From the NCBI RefSeq assembly GCF_963921235.1, contig NC_086097.1, positions 176,516,001-176,580,000 of the forward strand: a stretch of DNA of 64,000 bases, read 5' to 3'. Shown piece by piece: positions 37,395 through 49,687 of the stretch. Positions within the stretch are counted from its first letter, which is position 1. Each line of letters starts with the position of its first letter. Position numbers and translations under genes: made by a program. The notes under the pieces were generated by a model. The model ran no database searches. It saw nothing but the letters and a program-made list of their open reading frames with translations, and had not been told where the DNA came from. This DNA is from Mobula hypostoma (Eukaryota).

Positions 37395-39988
37395 CAGAAT
37401 GTTGGTATGTAGTTTCCCAGGTGCCAGGGTCAGGAACATCTTGGATCATGTCCACAGCATTTTACAGAGGTAGGGAATGCAGCTAAATGTCTTGGTACAT
37501 GTTGGTACCAATGACATAGGAAAGAAAAGCAAAGAGGTCCTGAAGAGAGAATTTAGAGAGCTAGGTAGAAAGCTGAGAAGTAGGACGTCCAAGAAAGTAA
37601 TTTCTGGATTTCTACCTGTGCCATGCGCCACTGAGGGTAGAAACAGGATGATTTAGCAGATGAGTGTGAGGCTGAGAAGCTGGCACAGGGGGCAGGGCTT
37701 CAGATCCTTTGATCATTGGGATCTCTTCTGGGAGAGGTATAACCTGTACAAAAAGAATGGGTTGTACATGAACCCGAGGGGAACCAATATTACCAATATT
37801 CTCATGGGCAAGTTTGTTAGAGCTGTTGTGGGGGCGGGGGGGGGGCAGGGATTAAACTAATTTGGCAGGAGGATGGGAACCAGAGTGAGGGGATTTAGGA
37901 TAGGACGGATGGTAAAAAAACAAAGATAGGGTCCAGCCAGATTGTCGGGAAGGGCAGGCAGATAATAGGGCATAATTGCAACCAGCAGGGTAGTATCAGT
38001 GCATTAGGGATTCAGAATCAAAAAGGGGAGCACGTATAGTCCTCTAAGTATTCTTTATCAATGTGCGGAGTGGAAGAAATTTTGTGGATGATTTTGTTGC
38101 ACTTTTACAAATTGTCAAGTGTGATGTTGCGGCCATCACTGAATCGTGGCTGAAGGATGGTTGTAGTTGGGAGCTGAATCTCCAAGGTTACACGTTATAT
38201 CAGAGGGATAGGAAGGTAGGCAGAAGTGGTGATGTGGCTCTGCTGGTAAAGAATGGCATCAAATCATTAGAGAGATGTGACATAGGATCAAAAGATGTCG
38301 AATCCTTGTGGGTTGAATTAAGAAACTGCAAGGATAAAAGGCAGTTATATACAGACCTCCCAACAGTAGTTGAGATGTGGACCACAGATTACAGTAGGAA
38401 ATAGAAAAGGCACGTCAGAGGGGCAATGTCTGAAGTAGCGGTATTTCAGTGGAGTAAAGGAAATTATAGTGGTATGAGAGAGGAGTTGACCAAAGTAATT
38501 TAGAAGGAGGCACTGGCAGGGATGACAGCAGAGCAGCAATGGTGTGATTTTCTGGGTAAAATGAGGAAGGTGCAGGATAGGTGTATTGCAAAAACAAAGA
38601 AATACTCAAATGGCAAACTAGTACAACTGTGGCTGACAAGGGAAGTCAAAGTTAATGTAAAAGCAAAAGAGAGGGCATACAACAAAGCAAAAATTGGCAG
38701 GAAGATAGAGGATTGGGAAGCTTTTAAAAACCTACAGAGAGCAACTAAAGAAATCATTTGGAGGAAGAGATGAAATATGAAAACAAGCTAGTAAGCAATA
38801 TCAAGGTGGATAGAAAAAGCTTTTTCAAGTATATAAAAAATAAAAGAGACGAGAGTGGATATAGGACCGCTAGAAAAATGAGGCTGGAGATATAATAATG
38901 GGGGACAAAGAGATGGCAGATGAACTAAATGAGTTGGAATTCTTTGAGGAAATTATAAGCAGGATAGATAAAGGGGATGCAGTGGATGTTGCATATTTGG
39001 ACTTTCAGAAGGCCTTTGACAAGATGCCGCACATGAGCCTGTTTACCAAGTTAAGAGCCCATAGTATTACAGCAAAGTTACTAGCATGGTTAGAGTAATG
39101 GCCGATTAGTAGGAGGCAGCGAGTGGGAATAAAATGATCCTTTTCTGGTTGGCTGCCAATGATTAGTGGTGTTCCACAGGGTTCGGTGTTGGGACCACTT
39201 CTTTTTATGGTGTATATCAATGATTTGGATGATATAATAGATGGCTTTGTTGCCAAGTTTGCAGATGATATGAAAATTGGTGGAGGGGCAGGGAGTGTTG
39301 AGGAAACAGGAAGGCTGCAGAAAGATGACAAATGAAATACAATGTTCGAAAATGCATGGTCATGCACTTTGGTAGAAGAAATAAATGTGCAGACTATTTT
39401 CTAAACAGGGAAAAACTCCAAACATCTGAAATGCAAATGGACTTGGGAGTCCTTATGCAGAACATCCTAAAGGTTAACTTGCAGGTTGAGTCAATGTGAG
39501 GAAGGCAAATGCAATGGTAGCATTCATTTCGAAAGGTCTAGAATAGAACAGTAGGAATGTGATGCTGAGGCTTTATAAGGCACTGGTGAGGCCTCACCTT
39601 GAGTATTCTGAACAGTTTTGGGCTCCTCATCTAAGAAAAGATGTACTGGTATTGGAGAGGGTTCAGAGGAGGTTCACAAGGATAATTCCAGGAATGAAAG
39701 GGCAATCATATGAGGAACGTTTGATGGCTTTGGGTCTGTACTCGCTGGAATTTAGAAGGATGAGGGGAAATCTCATTGAAACCTTTCGAATGTTGAAAGG
39801 CCTAGACAGAGTAGGTATGGAAAAGATGTTTCCCATGGAGGGAGAGTCTAGGACAAGAGGGTGCAGCCTCAGGATAGAGGGTGTTCATTTGAAACAGAAG
39901 GGCAGAAGGTGGTGAATTTGTGGAATTTGTTACCACAGGCAGCTGTGGAGGCCAGGACATTTGGTGTATTTAAGGCAGATATTGATAG

Positions 39989-42900
39989 TCAAGTCAAGTC
40001 AAGTCAAGTCAAATTTATTTATATAGCACATTTAAAAACAACCCAGATTGACCAAAGTGCTGTACAGATCAGAGCAGAATAGCTAAGATTACAAATATGA
40101 GAAACACAGACATAACCACAAGGGAAACAGCTTATAGGCACAAAAGAAACAACACAAGGGCCTAGGCATAAGCCAAAAGTCAGCCACATCAGGAGGATAC
40201 AAACGCTAGTGAATAGAAGTAAGTTTTGAACCTGGATTTAAGAGTCGATGGAGGAGGCAGATCTGATAGGGAGGGGAATGCTGTTCCACAGTCTGGGGAC
40301 TACAATAGCAAAGGCGTGGTCACCCCTGAGCTTAAGCTTAGATCACAGTACAGCCAGGAGCCCCAAGTCAGCCGACCTGAGGGACCTGGAAGTAGAATAA
40401 GGGATTAGTATGTCTGTGATATAAGGGGGAGCCAGCCCATTTAAGGCTTTGTACACAAACAGGAGAATCTTAAAATCAATTCTAAACCGTACTGGCAGCC
40501 AGTGGAAGGAGGCCAGGATAGGAGTAATATGGTCCCTCTTCCGGGCACCTGTCAGGAGCCTGGTTGCGGTGTTCTGGACCAGTTGCAGATGCGACAGGAA
40601 TGGCTGACTAATCCCAGTATACATGGAATTGGAGTAGTCCAAGTAAGGGATATAAGGGCGTGGATGACTTTCTCGAGATCTTTGAAAGAGAGAAACTGCT
40701 TGATTTTGGCAACAGTACGAAGCTGGAAAAAACTGGCTTTACTACTGCATTAACTTGCTTGTCAAACTTAAAGGTGGAATTAAATATCACACCAAAGGAT
40801 TTAACATGGGGTTTGACAAGGGTGGACAGGTTACCAAGACTGTTGGTAATCACTTTGATGGAGTCAGCGGGGCCAAATAGAACAACTTCAGACTTGCCTT
40901 CATTCAGCTGTAAGAAGTTTTGTGCCATCCAACACTTTATGTCCTCAAGGCAGTTCATGAGGCTGGCTAGTTTTGACTGGTTGTTTTGTTTCGGGGGGAG
41001 ATAAAGATGGAACCTTGTGGGGCCCCGCAGGAGAGACTAGCTGGGGGAGAAGAGAATTTGCCTATGTTGACGGAGAAGCTTCTATTTTTGAGGTAGGATG
41101 TGAACCAGTTCAAGGCAGTGCCATCAACACCAACCCCGTAGTGGAGATGGTCTATTAGAATGGCGTGATCCACAGTATCGAACACTGCGCTGAGGTCAAG
41201 ATGAATGAGAATGGTAGAGTCACCTGAGTCGATAGAGAGGAGCAGGTCATTGTACACTTTCAGCAGGACAGACTCTGTGCTATGATAAGCCTTAAAACCT
41301 TACTGAAATCTTTCCAGGATGTTGTTTTGGTGTAAGTAGGGCAACAACTGACTGAGAATAACCTTTTCGAGAACCTTTGACAGGAATGGAAGATTAGAAA
41401 TAGGTCTGTAGTTACTAGGTAAGGTAGGATATAAGTTGGGTTTTCTCAGGAGGGGCTGGACCACGGCACACTTGAAGCAGGTTGGAACGGTACCGGTGGC
41501 CAGGGGGCTGTTGATAATAGAGAGGGTGCTGAGACCGGCTATGTCAAAGACATCCTTCAGGAGGGCAGTGGGAACAATGTCAAGGAGGCAGGTTGCAGGT
41601 TTCACGGTGGACACAATCTTTGTAAGGAAGGGAATCGTGATGGGTTGGAAGCAGTCCAGTTTAGATGAACAAACCAGTGAGACAGCTAGGTCATGGGTGG
41701 GGGGGGGGAATGTTCATCCTAATGTCCTCAACTTTGCTAATGAAGACTTCTAAAAATTCCTTGCACTTAATAGGGGACACATCTAAGCTGATACTAGGGG
41801 CGGGACAAATGACAGAATTTATGGTACAGAATAAGACTTTGGGATTATGAGAGTTGTTAGAAATTAGGTCAGAGAAGTATTTTGCTCTTGCAGCTTTAAC
41901 TGCTTTCTGATATTTGTGAAGATTGTCTCTCAAAATTTCAAAAGAAATTTGAAGCTTATCACACTTCCACTTTCGTTCAGATATTCTGCACTCCCTCCTC
42001 AGGGCTCTGGTGGTGTCATTAAGCCAAGGTAAACCTTTAGGCTTAGACATTTCCAATTCAAGGGAAGCAACAATATTCAGAATAGAAGAGCAGGTGGTAT
42101 TAAATAAGGAAGAAAGTTCCTCAGTGCTGAGATGGGGAGGAGAAACCTCAATAGTGCGAGAGTTAGGAGCAGCTATGAGAGCCTCAGAAAACTTATTGGC
42201 AGTCAAAGAATTAATATAGCGAGAATAACATACAGGATGATGAGATTTAATAGAGAAAAGAGGCAGAGATACCTCAAACACAACAGCGCTATGATCCGAC
42301 AGACAAGCATCAATTATTACTGCATTGCAGATGGGAAAACCAGAAGACAAGACTCGGCTGAGTGTATGGCCTAGCTTGTGAGTGGGTCCAGTGATAAGCA
42401 GAGCAAGATGAAAAGACTCAACCAGATGCACAAAATCACTTACGAGAGGCTTAGTGGGGCAGCAAGCATGAATATTAAAATCACCAAGAATCAGAACTCG
42501 ATCAAAGTTGGACATAGTGTTTGAGAGGAAGTCCGAAAAATAAGTAATAAAATCTTTATGAATTTTTGGTGGACGATACACAAGAGCAATTAAGAGAGGA
42601 TTGACCAGGCCCACTTTAATTAATTGCATCTCGAAGCTGGAAAAATAATCAGAGTTCAGTAGACGGCAATTAAAATGTTTTTTGAACACAGCAAGTGTTT
42701 TTTGACCCACTCCGCGTCCAGAGGGTCTAGACGTGCTAAAAAAGTTACAGCCATCTGGACAGGGTTCAACAAGTGGAGCAAGCTCTCCAGTGCTTAGCCA
42801 GGTTTCCATCACCAGTAAGAAATCCAATCCCTGGGTGGTGGAAAAGTCACTGAGAATAAAAGTCTTATTGGATAAGGATCTCGCGTTGATCAGAGCCACT

Positions 42901-43483
42901 TTGACTGGGATAGCATCACAATCCAACAATGGCTCCCTCGCCAGAGGGCGGAGGTTCTGGAAGACTACTCCACCGCACTTCACAGATAGCCTGGCGGGGA
43001 GCCCACAGGGCAGTTGTCTGGCGTCCAGGCCCCTGTCTGGGACAATCGATCGGAGAGAGGCCTACCTGGTCTCGAGGGAGCGCCGAGGAATGAAACGACG
43101 TGGCCGACCGGGTCCAACAACGTCAAGCGGCAAAAGGTAGGCCAGTGCCGAGCGAGAGTGAGCAAGATCCCTCAGCTTAACAGAAGCGCCTGCACATTTA
43201 CTCCGTCTCCTAGCTCATTTCCTACGGTGGTAGCTGCAGGGCCAAACCCATATACCTACAGGTAGCTGGGAAAATAAAGAGCAGTGAAGCTTCTTTTTCC
43301 GGAATCCCGAGTATATAAGCCCAAGACAGAGGCTCAAATATTCAGAAGCATTTGACGATCGTAAACAATAGTGGCTGGCACATTATATATACACAGAGAC
43401 CCAAACAGTGCCACGACTAACAGGAACAGGAATGGCAATAGCCGATGACAAGCAGCCAAACACAGCGGTGCGGCCATCTTGGC
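39989..43483 (-). mobile_element. L2-clade LINE with both ends, APE-RT without a separate ORF1, (GACTT)n tail, 7-bp TSD
   Basis: ORF 41691-42983 APE (INARSL, METWL, YRPP, GDFN, SDH); RT NYRPISNLPFLSKVLEK, DLSAVFDTVDH, HWLPVRFRIDFK; TSD ttgatag at 39982-39988 and 43484-43490. Confidence 0.92.
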
Positions 43484-43875
43484 TTGATAGGTTCTTGATA
43501 GATAGGTTATGGGAAGAAGGCCAGGGAGTTATAGTTGAGGAAGTGGGAAGAAAAGGATCAGCTGTGATTGAATGGCGGAGTAGTCTCGATGGGCCAAATG
43601 GCCTAATTCTGATCCTATGTCTTATGGCCTTAAGGACATATAGGGAGTGCCGTGTTCTGTCTATTCACCCAGTTGCAAGAGGAATGTACAGACTTTGCAG
43701 AGAGCAGAAGAGGTTTACCAGCATGATACCTGGATTAAAGATTGTTAGCTATAATGCAAGGTTGGACAAACTTGGGATGTTGTCTTTGCTGGAGTGCTGG
43801 TGGCTGACAGGAGATATATAGGTTTACAATATTATGAAAGGAAGAGATAGGATAATATTAATTATATTTTCTCAA

Positions 43876-44060
43876 CTTGCTGTAGATTTTACCATTCACC
43901 TACACACAAGGGACAATTAACAGAGATTAATTAATGCATTGACCTGCCAAGATGTGGGGGGAATGGGAACAGCCAGGGGAAACCCACGTGGTCAGAGGCC
44001 GAATATGCAAACTGCACACCCGAGGTAAGGGTTGAGGCAGAGGCTTTAAGAGCTGTAACA
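43876..44060 (-). mobile_element. V-SINE-type element, degenerate
   Basis: Minus strand gtgcagtttgcatattc...cgtgggtttccc core. Confidence 0.6.
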
Positions 44061-44084
44061 GTGTGTGTGTGTGTGTGTGTGTGT
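44061..44084. repeat. (GT)12 microsatellite
   Basis: Read directly. Confidence 0.95.
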
Positions 44085-44099
44085 GAGAATACTGGACGT

Positions 44100-44790
44100 G
44101 GAACTGGAATTGGTTTATTTTGTCTCATGCACCAAGGTGCAGTAAAAAGCATGCCATCCATGTAGATAATTTCATTGCAACAGTACATTGAGGCAGTAAC
44201 AAAATGCAGAATACAGTGTAACCATTACAGAGTAGGTGCAGTGCAGGCAGATGCTAAGGTGCAAGGGTCATAGTGAGTAAATTGTAAGGTCAAGAGTTCA
44301 TTTTATTGTTCAATAGTTTTAGAATAGAAGCTGTCCTTGAGTCCAGTGGTATGTAATTTCAAGCTTTTACATCTTCTGTTTGATAGGAGGGGGAAAAGAG
44401 AGATCGTCCAGGCTGGATGGGGTCTTTGATCAGTCCTAATGAAGCATCTCACACTCAGATGTTGACTACTTATTCCTCTCCATTGATGCTGCCCGACCTG
44501 CTGAGTTCCTTCAGCATTTTATGTGTGTTGCTCTTTGACTATGTTGGCTCCTTTACTGAGGGAACAGGAAGCATAGCCAGTGTCTATGGAGTGGAGGCTG
44601 GCTTCCATGATGTGCTGAATTGTGTCCACAACTCGCTGCAGTTTCTTGCGGTCATAGGCAGAACAGTTTCCATAGCAAGCTGTGATGCATCCGGATAGGA
44701 TTCTTTCTGTGAGGTATTGATAAAAAATGGTAAGGGTCAAAGGACTGTCTACAGATCGTTCTGACCTTCTGACGGATAGTTGTAGATCTA
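44100..44790 (-). mobile_element. Rex1 3' fragment
   Basis: ILSGCITACYGNCSAYDRKKLQRVV. Confidence 0.8.
44430..44531 (+). mobile_element. 102-bp hammerhead-derived mini-element with 7-bp TSD
   Basis: tctttga at 44423-44429 and 44532-44538; begins cagtcctaatgaag (degenerate stem I + CTGATGA box); homologous to 11133-11230. Confidence 0.78.
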
Positions 44791-45461
44791 ACTGAAACCA
44801 ATGTACAACTTGCTGCTGATGCCTTGCTGAGCATTTAGCACAAGAGACCAAGAAGGAATTTGTCCCTCAGTTTGTCATAGTGTTCTTGCTTGAGGGGCAC
44901 TGGGGAGGCTTCCTCAGCTCGGCTGCGATGTTAAATCGAAGGAGGCAGACAGAGTCTTGGTTTAATATCTGCCATCTGCTCAGACTGGGAATGCCTGAAG
45001 CCAATGGAGTGGATTCTCCAACAGTGATAAATGTACCTCAGTCTTTTCTAATGGCTCAGGATCAGGGTCTGGAACATGAACTGGTAGGGAGCAAAGAAAT
45101 AGCCAGTGGGCCAAGTAATAAATCGCAGGGGCTTTTATTAAATACATAGCCTTCAAAAATTATTTGACAATCTTGAAAATGATAAATCGGTCCCAATAAC
45201 TAAAGGACTGCCTCCAGTTTCTTCTTAAAAGTAGAAAGGTAATGACAACAAACTGAGATTTAAACCAATCTAATCTCCACATCTTTTATTCTGTCATTTG
45301 CTGCCTTTCGTCAGCCCAGAGTGAATCTTTGATTAGGGATGTGCTTATAAAGGTTTCTTTTTCTGCAAGAACCAAAAAGCTCGCTGCCAAAACTCAATAT
45401 TGATTAGATTACCAGAGGAGGTTTTGGAATTGCTAAGCTAATGTATCATTTTATATTTTAC

Positions 45462-45554
45462 CTTAGCGGATCCTGTATGTACTCGCTGTGCGGACAGCAT
45501 GTAAACATTTCTGGAGGAAAGCCAGTGTGGATGTATGACCCAGACTTAGCAAGG
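45462..45554 (-). CDS. Candidate internal coding exon (93 nt, phase 2-2): LAKSGSYIHTGFPPEMFTCCPHSEYIQDPL
   Basis: Acceptor tgtctgtgacattcccctacag, donor AAG|gtaaaa; only one frame open; CpGs retained; unique flanks. Confidence 0.55.
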
Positions 45555-46520
45555 CTGTAGGGGAATGTCACAGACAATAATGGGAACCTATCAGCCAAAC
45601 TCCTCATTCCAAGAGCAAAGGTACACACACCTTCTCAACACAACAGGGTCACAGAGTTAAAACACACAGAAACAGGCCCTTCGGCCCAACTCATCCATGC
45701 TGGCCAAAGTGTCTTTCTGAGCTGTTTCCATCTGCCTACATTTAGCCCATATCCTTACAAACATCTTCTACTTATATATCTGTCCAAATGTCTTTTAAAC
45801 TTTGTTACTGTACCCAACTCTACTGCTTCTTCTGATGGTTTGTTCTGTGAAAAATAACCCTCAGCTCCATTCAAAATCTTTCCCTTTCACCTGGAATCTG
45901 TGCCCTCTAGTTTTAAACTCACCTCACCTGCATAAAAGACTGGCTGTTTTCTTTATCAACTGTATGTGCCTCATGAGCATATAAACAAAGTTAAATGTAA
46001 ATGTATTATCAAAGTACATATATGTTACCACATACTAACCTGAGATGTATTTTCTTGCAGGCATTCAAAATGAATTAAATGGTTCCATTTATTATCAGAG
46101 AATGTATACAATATATTACCTGAAATTCTTGCTCTTCGCAGACATCCATAAACCGAAGAACCCTAAAGGAAGGAATGACAGAAAAGTTAGAACCACAAAT
46201 CCCCCTCCCCCTCCATGCACAAGCTGCAACAGAGCATCAACCTACCCCCATTTCAGCAAAAAACATCAGTGTCCATCACCCGCCAAGCACCAGCAAAGCC
46301 CCCAAAGACAGACCATGATGGGCAGTCGACAAAAACTGTTGCTTACCCGACAGTTTGACATGCCACATACTCTCTCTCGCACTAACAAGGGACAGAGAGA
46401 TGTCACCCGTTTCACAGCGAAAGGGGAGACGAACAGTCGCTGATACAGTGTTCCAGTCTGCTGTGTCGCTTTTTATTCTGAGATTCTTCAACTCTGGAAT
46501 CTGCACCAAGTCTCCCTACC

Positions 46521-46523
<3 letters not shown>

Positions 46524-46565
<42 letters not shown>
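46524..46565. repeat. (GA)21 microsatellite
   Basis: Read directly. Confidence 0.95.
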
Positions 46566-46568
<3 letters not shown>

Positions 46569-47393
46569 GGCTCAACTACAGAGACCTCCGTCTGTAGTAT
46601 CTGTCGCCGCTAAATCCTGATGTTCCTTCTCCCATGAGGCCTCTGTTGGTGGCACTGGCCTGGAATCTGCCATCTACCGGGCTGTGCAGATGCGCACCCT
46701 GGCATCTTCCATGCCATGCCTGGAGAACGTCAGAAAATGGCCAGTCGGTCACTGAGCTCCAAGAATGGGAACTCGTTGCTGTGAAAAATCCAGTGTTTGA
46801 TTGTCATGGTAGAACAACAAACACAGTAGAACGAGGAAATATAATACAATTAATGAAAAATTAGACACAAAGAGTAAAAAGCAGCCAATGCGCAAAAGAA
46901 AACTTTTACCAGTTCACCCCTCAGCCTTCTACAATCCATCGAAGAAAGTCCCAGCCTATCCAGCCTCTCTTTATAACTCAAGCCTTTTAGTCCTTGTAGC
47001 ATAATTCGTTTTTTGCACGTTTTTCACTCTGACCCAGTTCCTGTTATTTCTGACTTTTCTAAAATCATTCATTCATTATGCCCTGTAATTGCCTCTGATT
47101 ATGGGGTGTGGTGAAACAGAGAGGACAATAGAGCTCTCTCTAACTTCCCACATCATGTAAGAGGGGCACCCTGAGTTCCATTCCCACTGCTCTACCTATG
47201 TAGTAATAAAGAAAGAAATAGACACTTACTGGAAATTAACCTTGGCCTCGGCTTCTCTCTAAAGCATCTTGAGCCAAAGCCTCAGTTCATCAGTTTAACC
47301 CTGTCCACTTTCATTATGCCTGTTTCCACTATGGCCATTCCATTTAAACCTAACTTCTTTTAATTGGCTCTTGCCATTGCCTTGTTACCCAAC

Positions 47394-47445
47394 CTGAAAC
47401 TGAGCAGAAAGTCCCAGCTGGCGCTACTTTTTAAATCTCCTGCTC
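47394..47445 (-). CDS. Weak candidate exon (52 nt, phase 1-2): AGDLKSSASWDFLLSF
   Basis: Acceptor ctacttgtcaccag, donor CAG|gttggg; end phase compatible with exon 45462-45554; weak pyrimidine tract. Confidence 0.25.
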
Positions 47446-47476
47446 CTGGTGACAAGTAGCAGTTCCTGCTATGTGG

Positions 47477-47625
47477 GACTGGAGGAACTAGGCAGCATCT
47501 ATGGAGAGAAATGGACAGTTGATGTTTCAGGCCAGGACCTTTCATCAGGACTGTTTGTCAACTGTTCATTTCCTTCACAGACCCTATCTGACCTGCTGAG
47601 TATCTCCAGTATTTTATGTATGCTT
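47477..47625. mobile_element. Fold-back Penelope-3'-derived mini-element with a near-intact minus-strand hammerhead (47516-47553)
   Basis: Minus: cagtc-CTGATGA-aagg(tcctgg)cct-GAAA-C-ATC-aactg; inverted arms gaaatggacagttga / tcaactgttcatttc. Confidence 0.72.
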
Positions 47626-48749
47626 TCACCCAGAGAATAGTTACAATCCTGACTATAGTGATAGCGGACTCTGACAATATTTTAAAACTACCTGGATGAG
47701 CGCTTGAAGGGCAGCATTGTGGGCTGAAGGACATGTTTTTTGTACTGCATTACTCAATGGCTGTCCACATTAACTGTATATAAGGTGGGAATGTGTGGAC
47801 TGGGCAAGGGATATATGGGCTAACCCATAGATTACAAGCAGAGGCACCAAAATTTGGTTGAGAGGATATCTCTGTGGGAGAAGAATTGTTTTGATCCCAA
47901 CTCACTCTTAGGGTCAAACTTTAAATCTATATGAAGGGTGAAGACTGCCTTCAAAAGAGGAGTACAGAATGCCAAAGAATGGCTTGACAGTGGGTAGTGC
48001 TTTTTTGTTGCTACATGTATTGAGGAACCATGTTTTGCGTACTGTCCATACAGTTGATATCATTACACAGTGCATTGAGGTAGTACAAGGGAAAACAACA
48101 GCAGAACGTTGAATGAAGTGTTAGTTACAGAGAGAGTGCAGTGCAGGCAGACAATAAGCTGCAAGGTCACCATGACTAAACTGAGGTCAAGAGGTCATTT
48201 TATTGCACTAGAGGATTGTTCAAGGTTCTTATAACAGTAGGATAGAAGCTGTCCTTACGCTTGGAGGTATGTGCTTTCAGATTTTTTTTTTTTTTGCCTT
48301 CTGTCTAATGGCTAGATCCCATGAACTACAAAATTTAGTTTAGAGGATGTTTCTGTCAGAGGAGAATCGTTATGCATGAACACACTCTTGGGGACAAACT
48401 TTAACTCTGCAAGACAGAGTGAAGATTATCTTCAAAAGAGGTGCTGGGTATTGACAAGAAAACCAAAGAATGGCTTGTCAGCTGGCAGTGTTTGTCTCCT
48501 GCTAGGGACCACGAGTGAATGATGTACTCTTGTTGTATACCAAACAGAGTCCCTCAGACTTACAGTTCATGTGCTGTGTCTCTTTAATTCCTTCTCAACG
48601 TTTTTCATTGAAAGTAATTCACATAGCACAGAGGGGCTGGTAGCTGAACAAGGGGATTATGGGGAGGTTGGTTTCTGCTTTTGTTAGTAAGTCTCTCTCT
48701 TTGTTACTGAGGTTTGCTTTATGTAGCCATAGCAACCACAATTTGCTTA

Positions 48750-49228
48750 GTACTGTAGGAAAGGCAAATGCAATGTTAGCATTCACTTCCAGAGGACTAG
48801 ATTATAAAAGTAAGGATGTAAAGCTTTATAAGACATTGGTCAGACCATATTTGGAGTATTATGAGTAGTTTCGGGCCCACTATCCAAGGAAGGATCATTT
48901 GGGTACAAAAGGGTCCAAAGGATGTTTACAAATATGATCTAGGGAATGCGAGGTTAATTTATGAGGAGAGTTTTATGGCTCTGGAGTTCAGAGGAAAGAA
49001 GGGGAGCTCATTGAAACCTACTGAATATTGAAGGACCTAGACAGAGCGGACATGGACAGGATGTTTCCATTAGTGGGAGAGGTGGGAGAGTCAGGATCTA
49101 AGGATGTCCCTTTAGTACAATTTGTTTAGCTTGAGGGTGGTGAATCTATGGAATTCATACCACAGGCAGCTGTGGAGGCCAGGTCATTGGGTATTTTTGA
49201 AGCAAAGGTTTCACAGGTTCTTGAATAA
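48750..49228 (+). mobile_element. CR1 3' fragment (probably resumes at about 54562-54705)
   Basis: KANAMLAF..LYKTLVRPYLEY. Confidence 0.75.
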
Positions 49229-49230
49229 CG

Positions 49231-49681
49231 CAGACAAAATGCTGGAGGAGCTCAGAGGGTCAGCTGGCATCTGTAGAAATGAATAAACAGTCAATGTTTC
49301 GAGCCTATACAACACTGGGAAGGAAGGGAGAAGCCAGAATAAGAAAGTTGGGGGGCGGGGGGAAGAGTCAAGATTGAAATGATAGTTGAAGCCTGGTGAA
49401 CTGGGGAGAGGGATGAAGTAAGAAGCTGGGAGGTGATAGGTGGAAAACATAAAGGGTCGGAGAAGGAGTCAGATGAGAGGGGAGTCAACCATGAGAGAAA
49501 GGGAAAAAAGAAGGATGCCAGGGCAAACCGACAGGCAGGCGAAGGTAAGAGAAGAGGAAAGATGGAAGTTTGAGTGAGAATTGAAGAAGAGGGAAGGGGG
49601 ACTGGAGAAATGTTACCTAAAGTTATAGAAATTGATATTCATGCTTTCAAATTGGAGGCTACACAGATGGAACATGAGGTG
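49231..49681 (-). mobile_element. Penelope 3' fragment, degenerate
   Basis: HLMFHLCSLQFESMNINFYNFR matches HLVFRLGSLQPDGMNIDFSNF at about 10770-10839. Confidence 0.82.
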
Positions 49682-49687
49682 TAATTG

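Larger units (their letters stand above)
35530..43630 (+). mobile_element. CR1 (family C) with 5' UTR, ORF1 and deleted ORF2, interrupted by Rex1 and L2 insertions
   Basis: Colinear with 6953-13450; internal deletions near 38428, 38933 and 39325; 3' end resumes at 43491. Confidence 0.88.

Noticed and set aside
45467..45620. Plus-strand exon (ttag acceptor, AAG|gtacac donor)
   Set aside because: Stops in all three frames; the minus-strand reading is better supported
48564..48643. Minus-strand exon ending at a gtaagt donor
   Set aside because: Stops in all three frames
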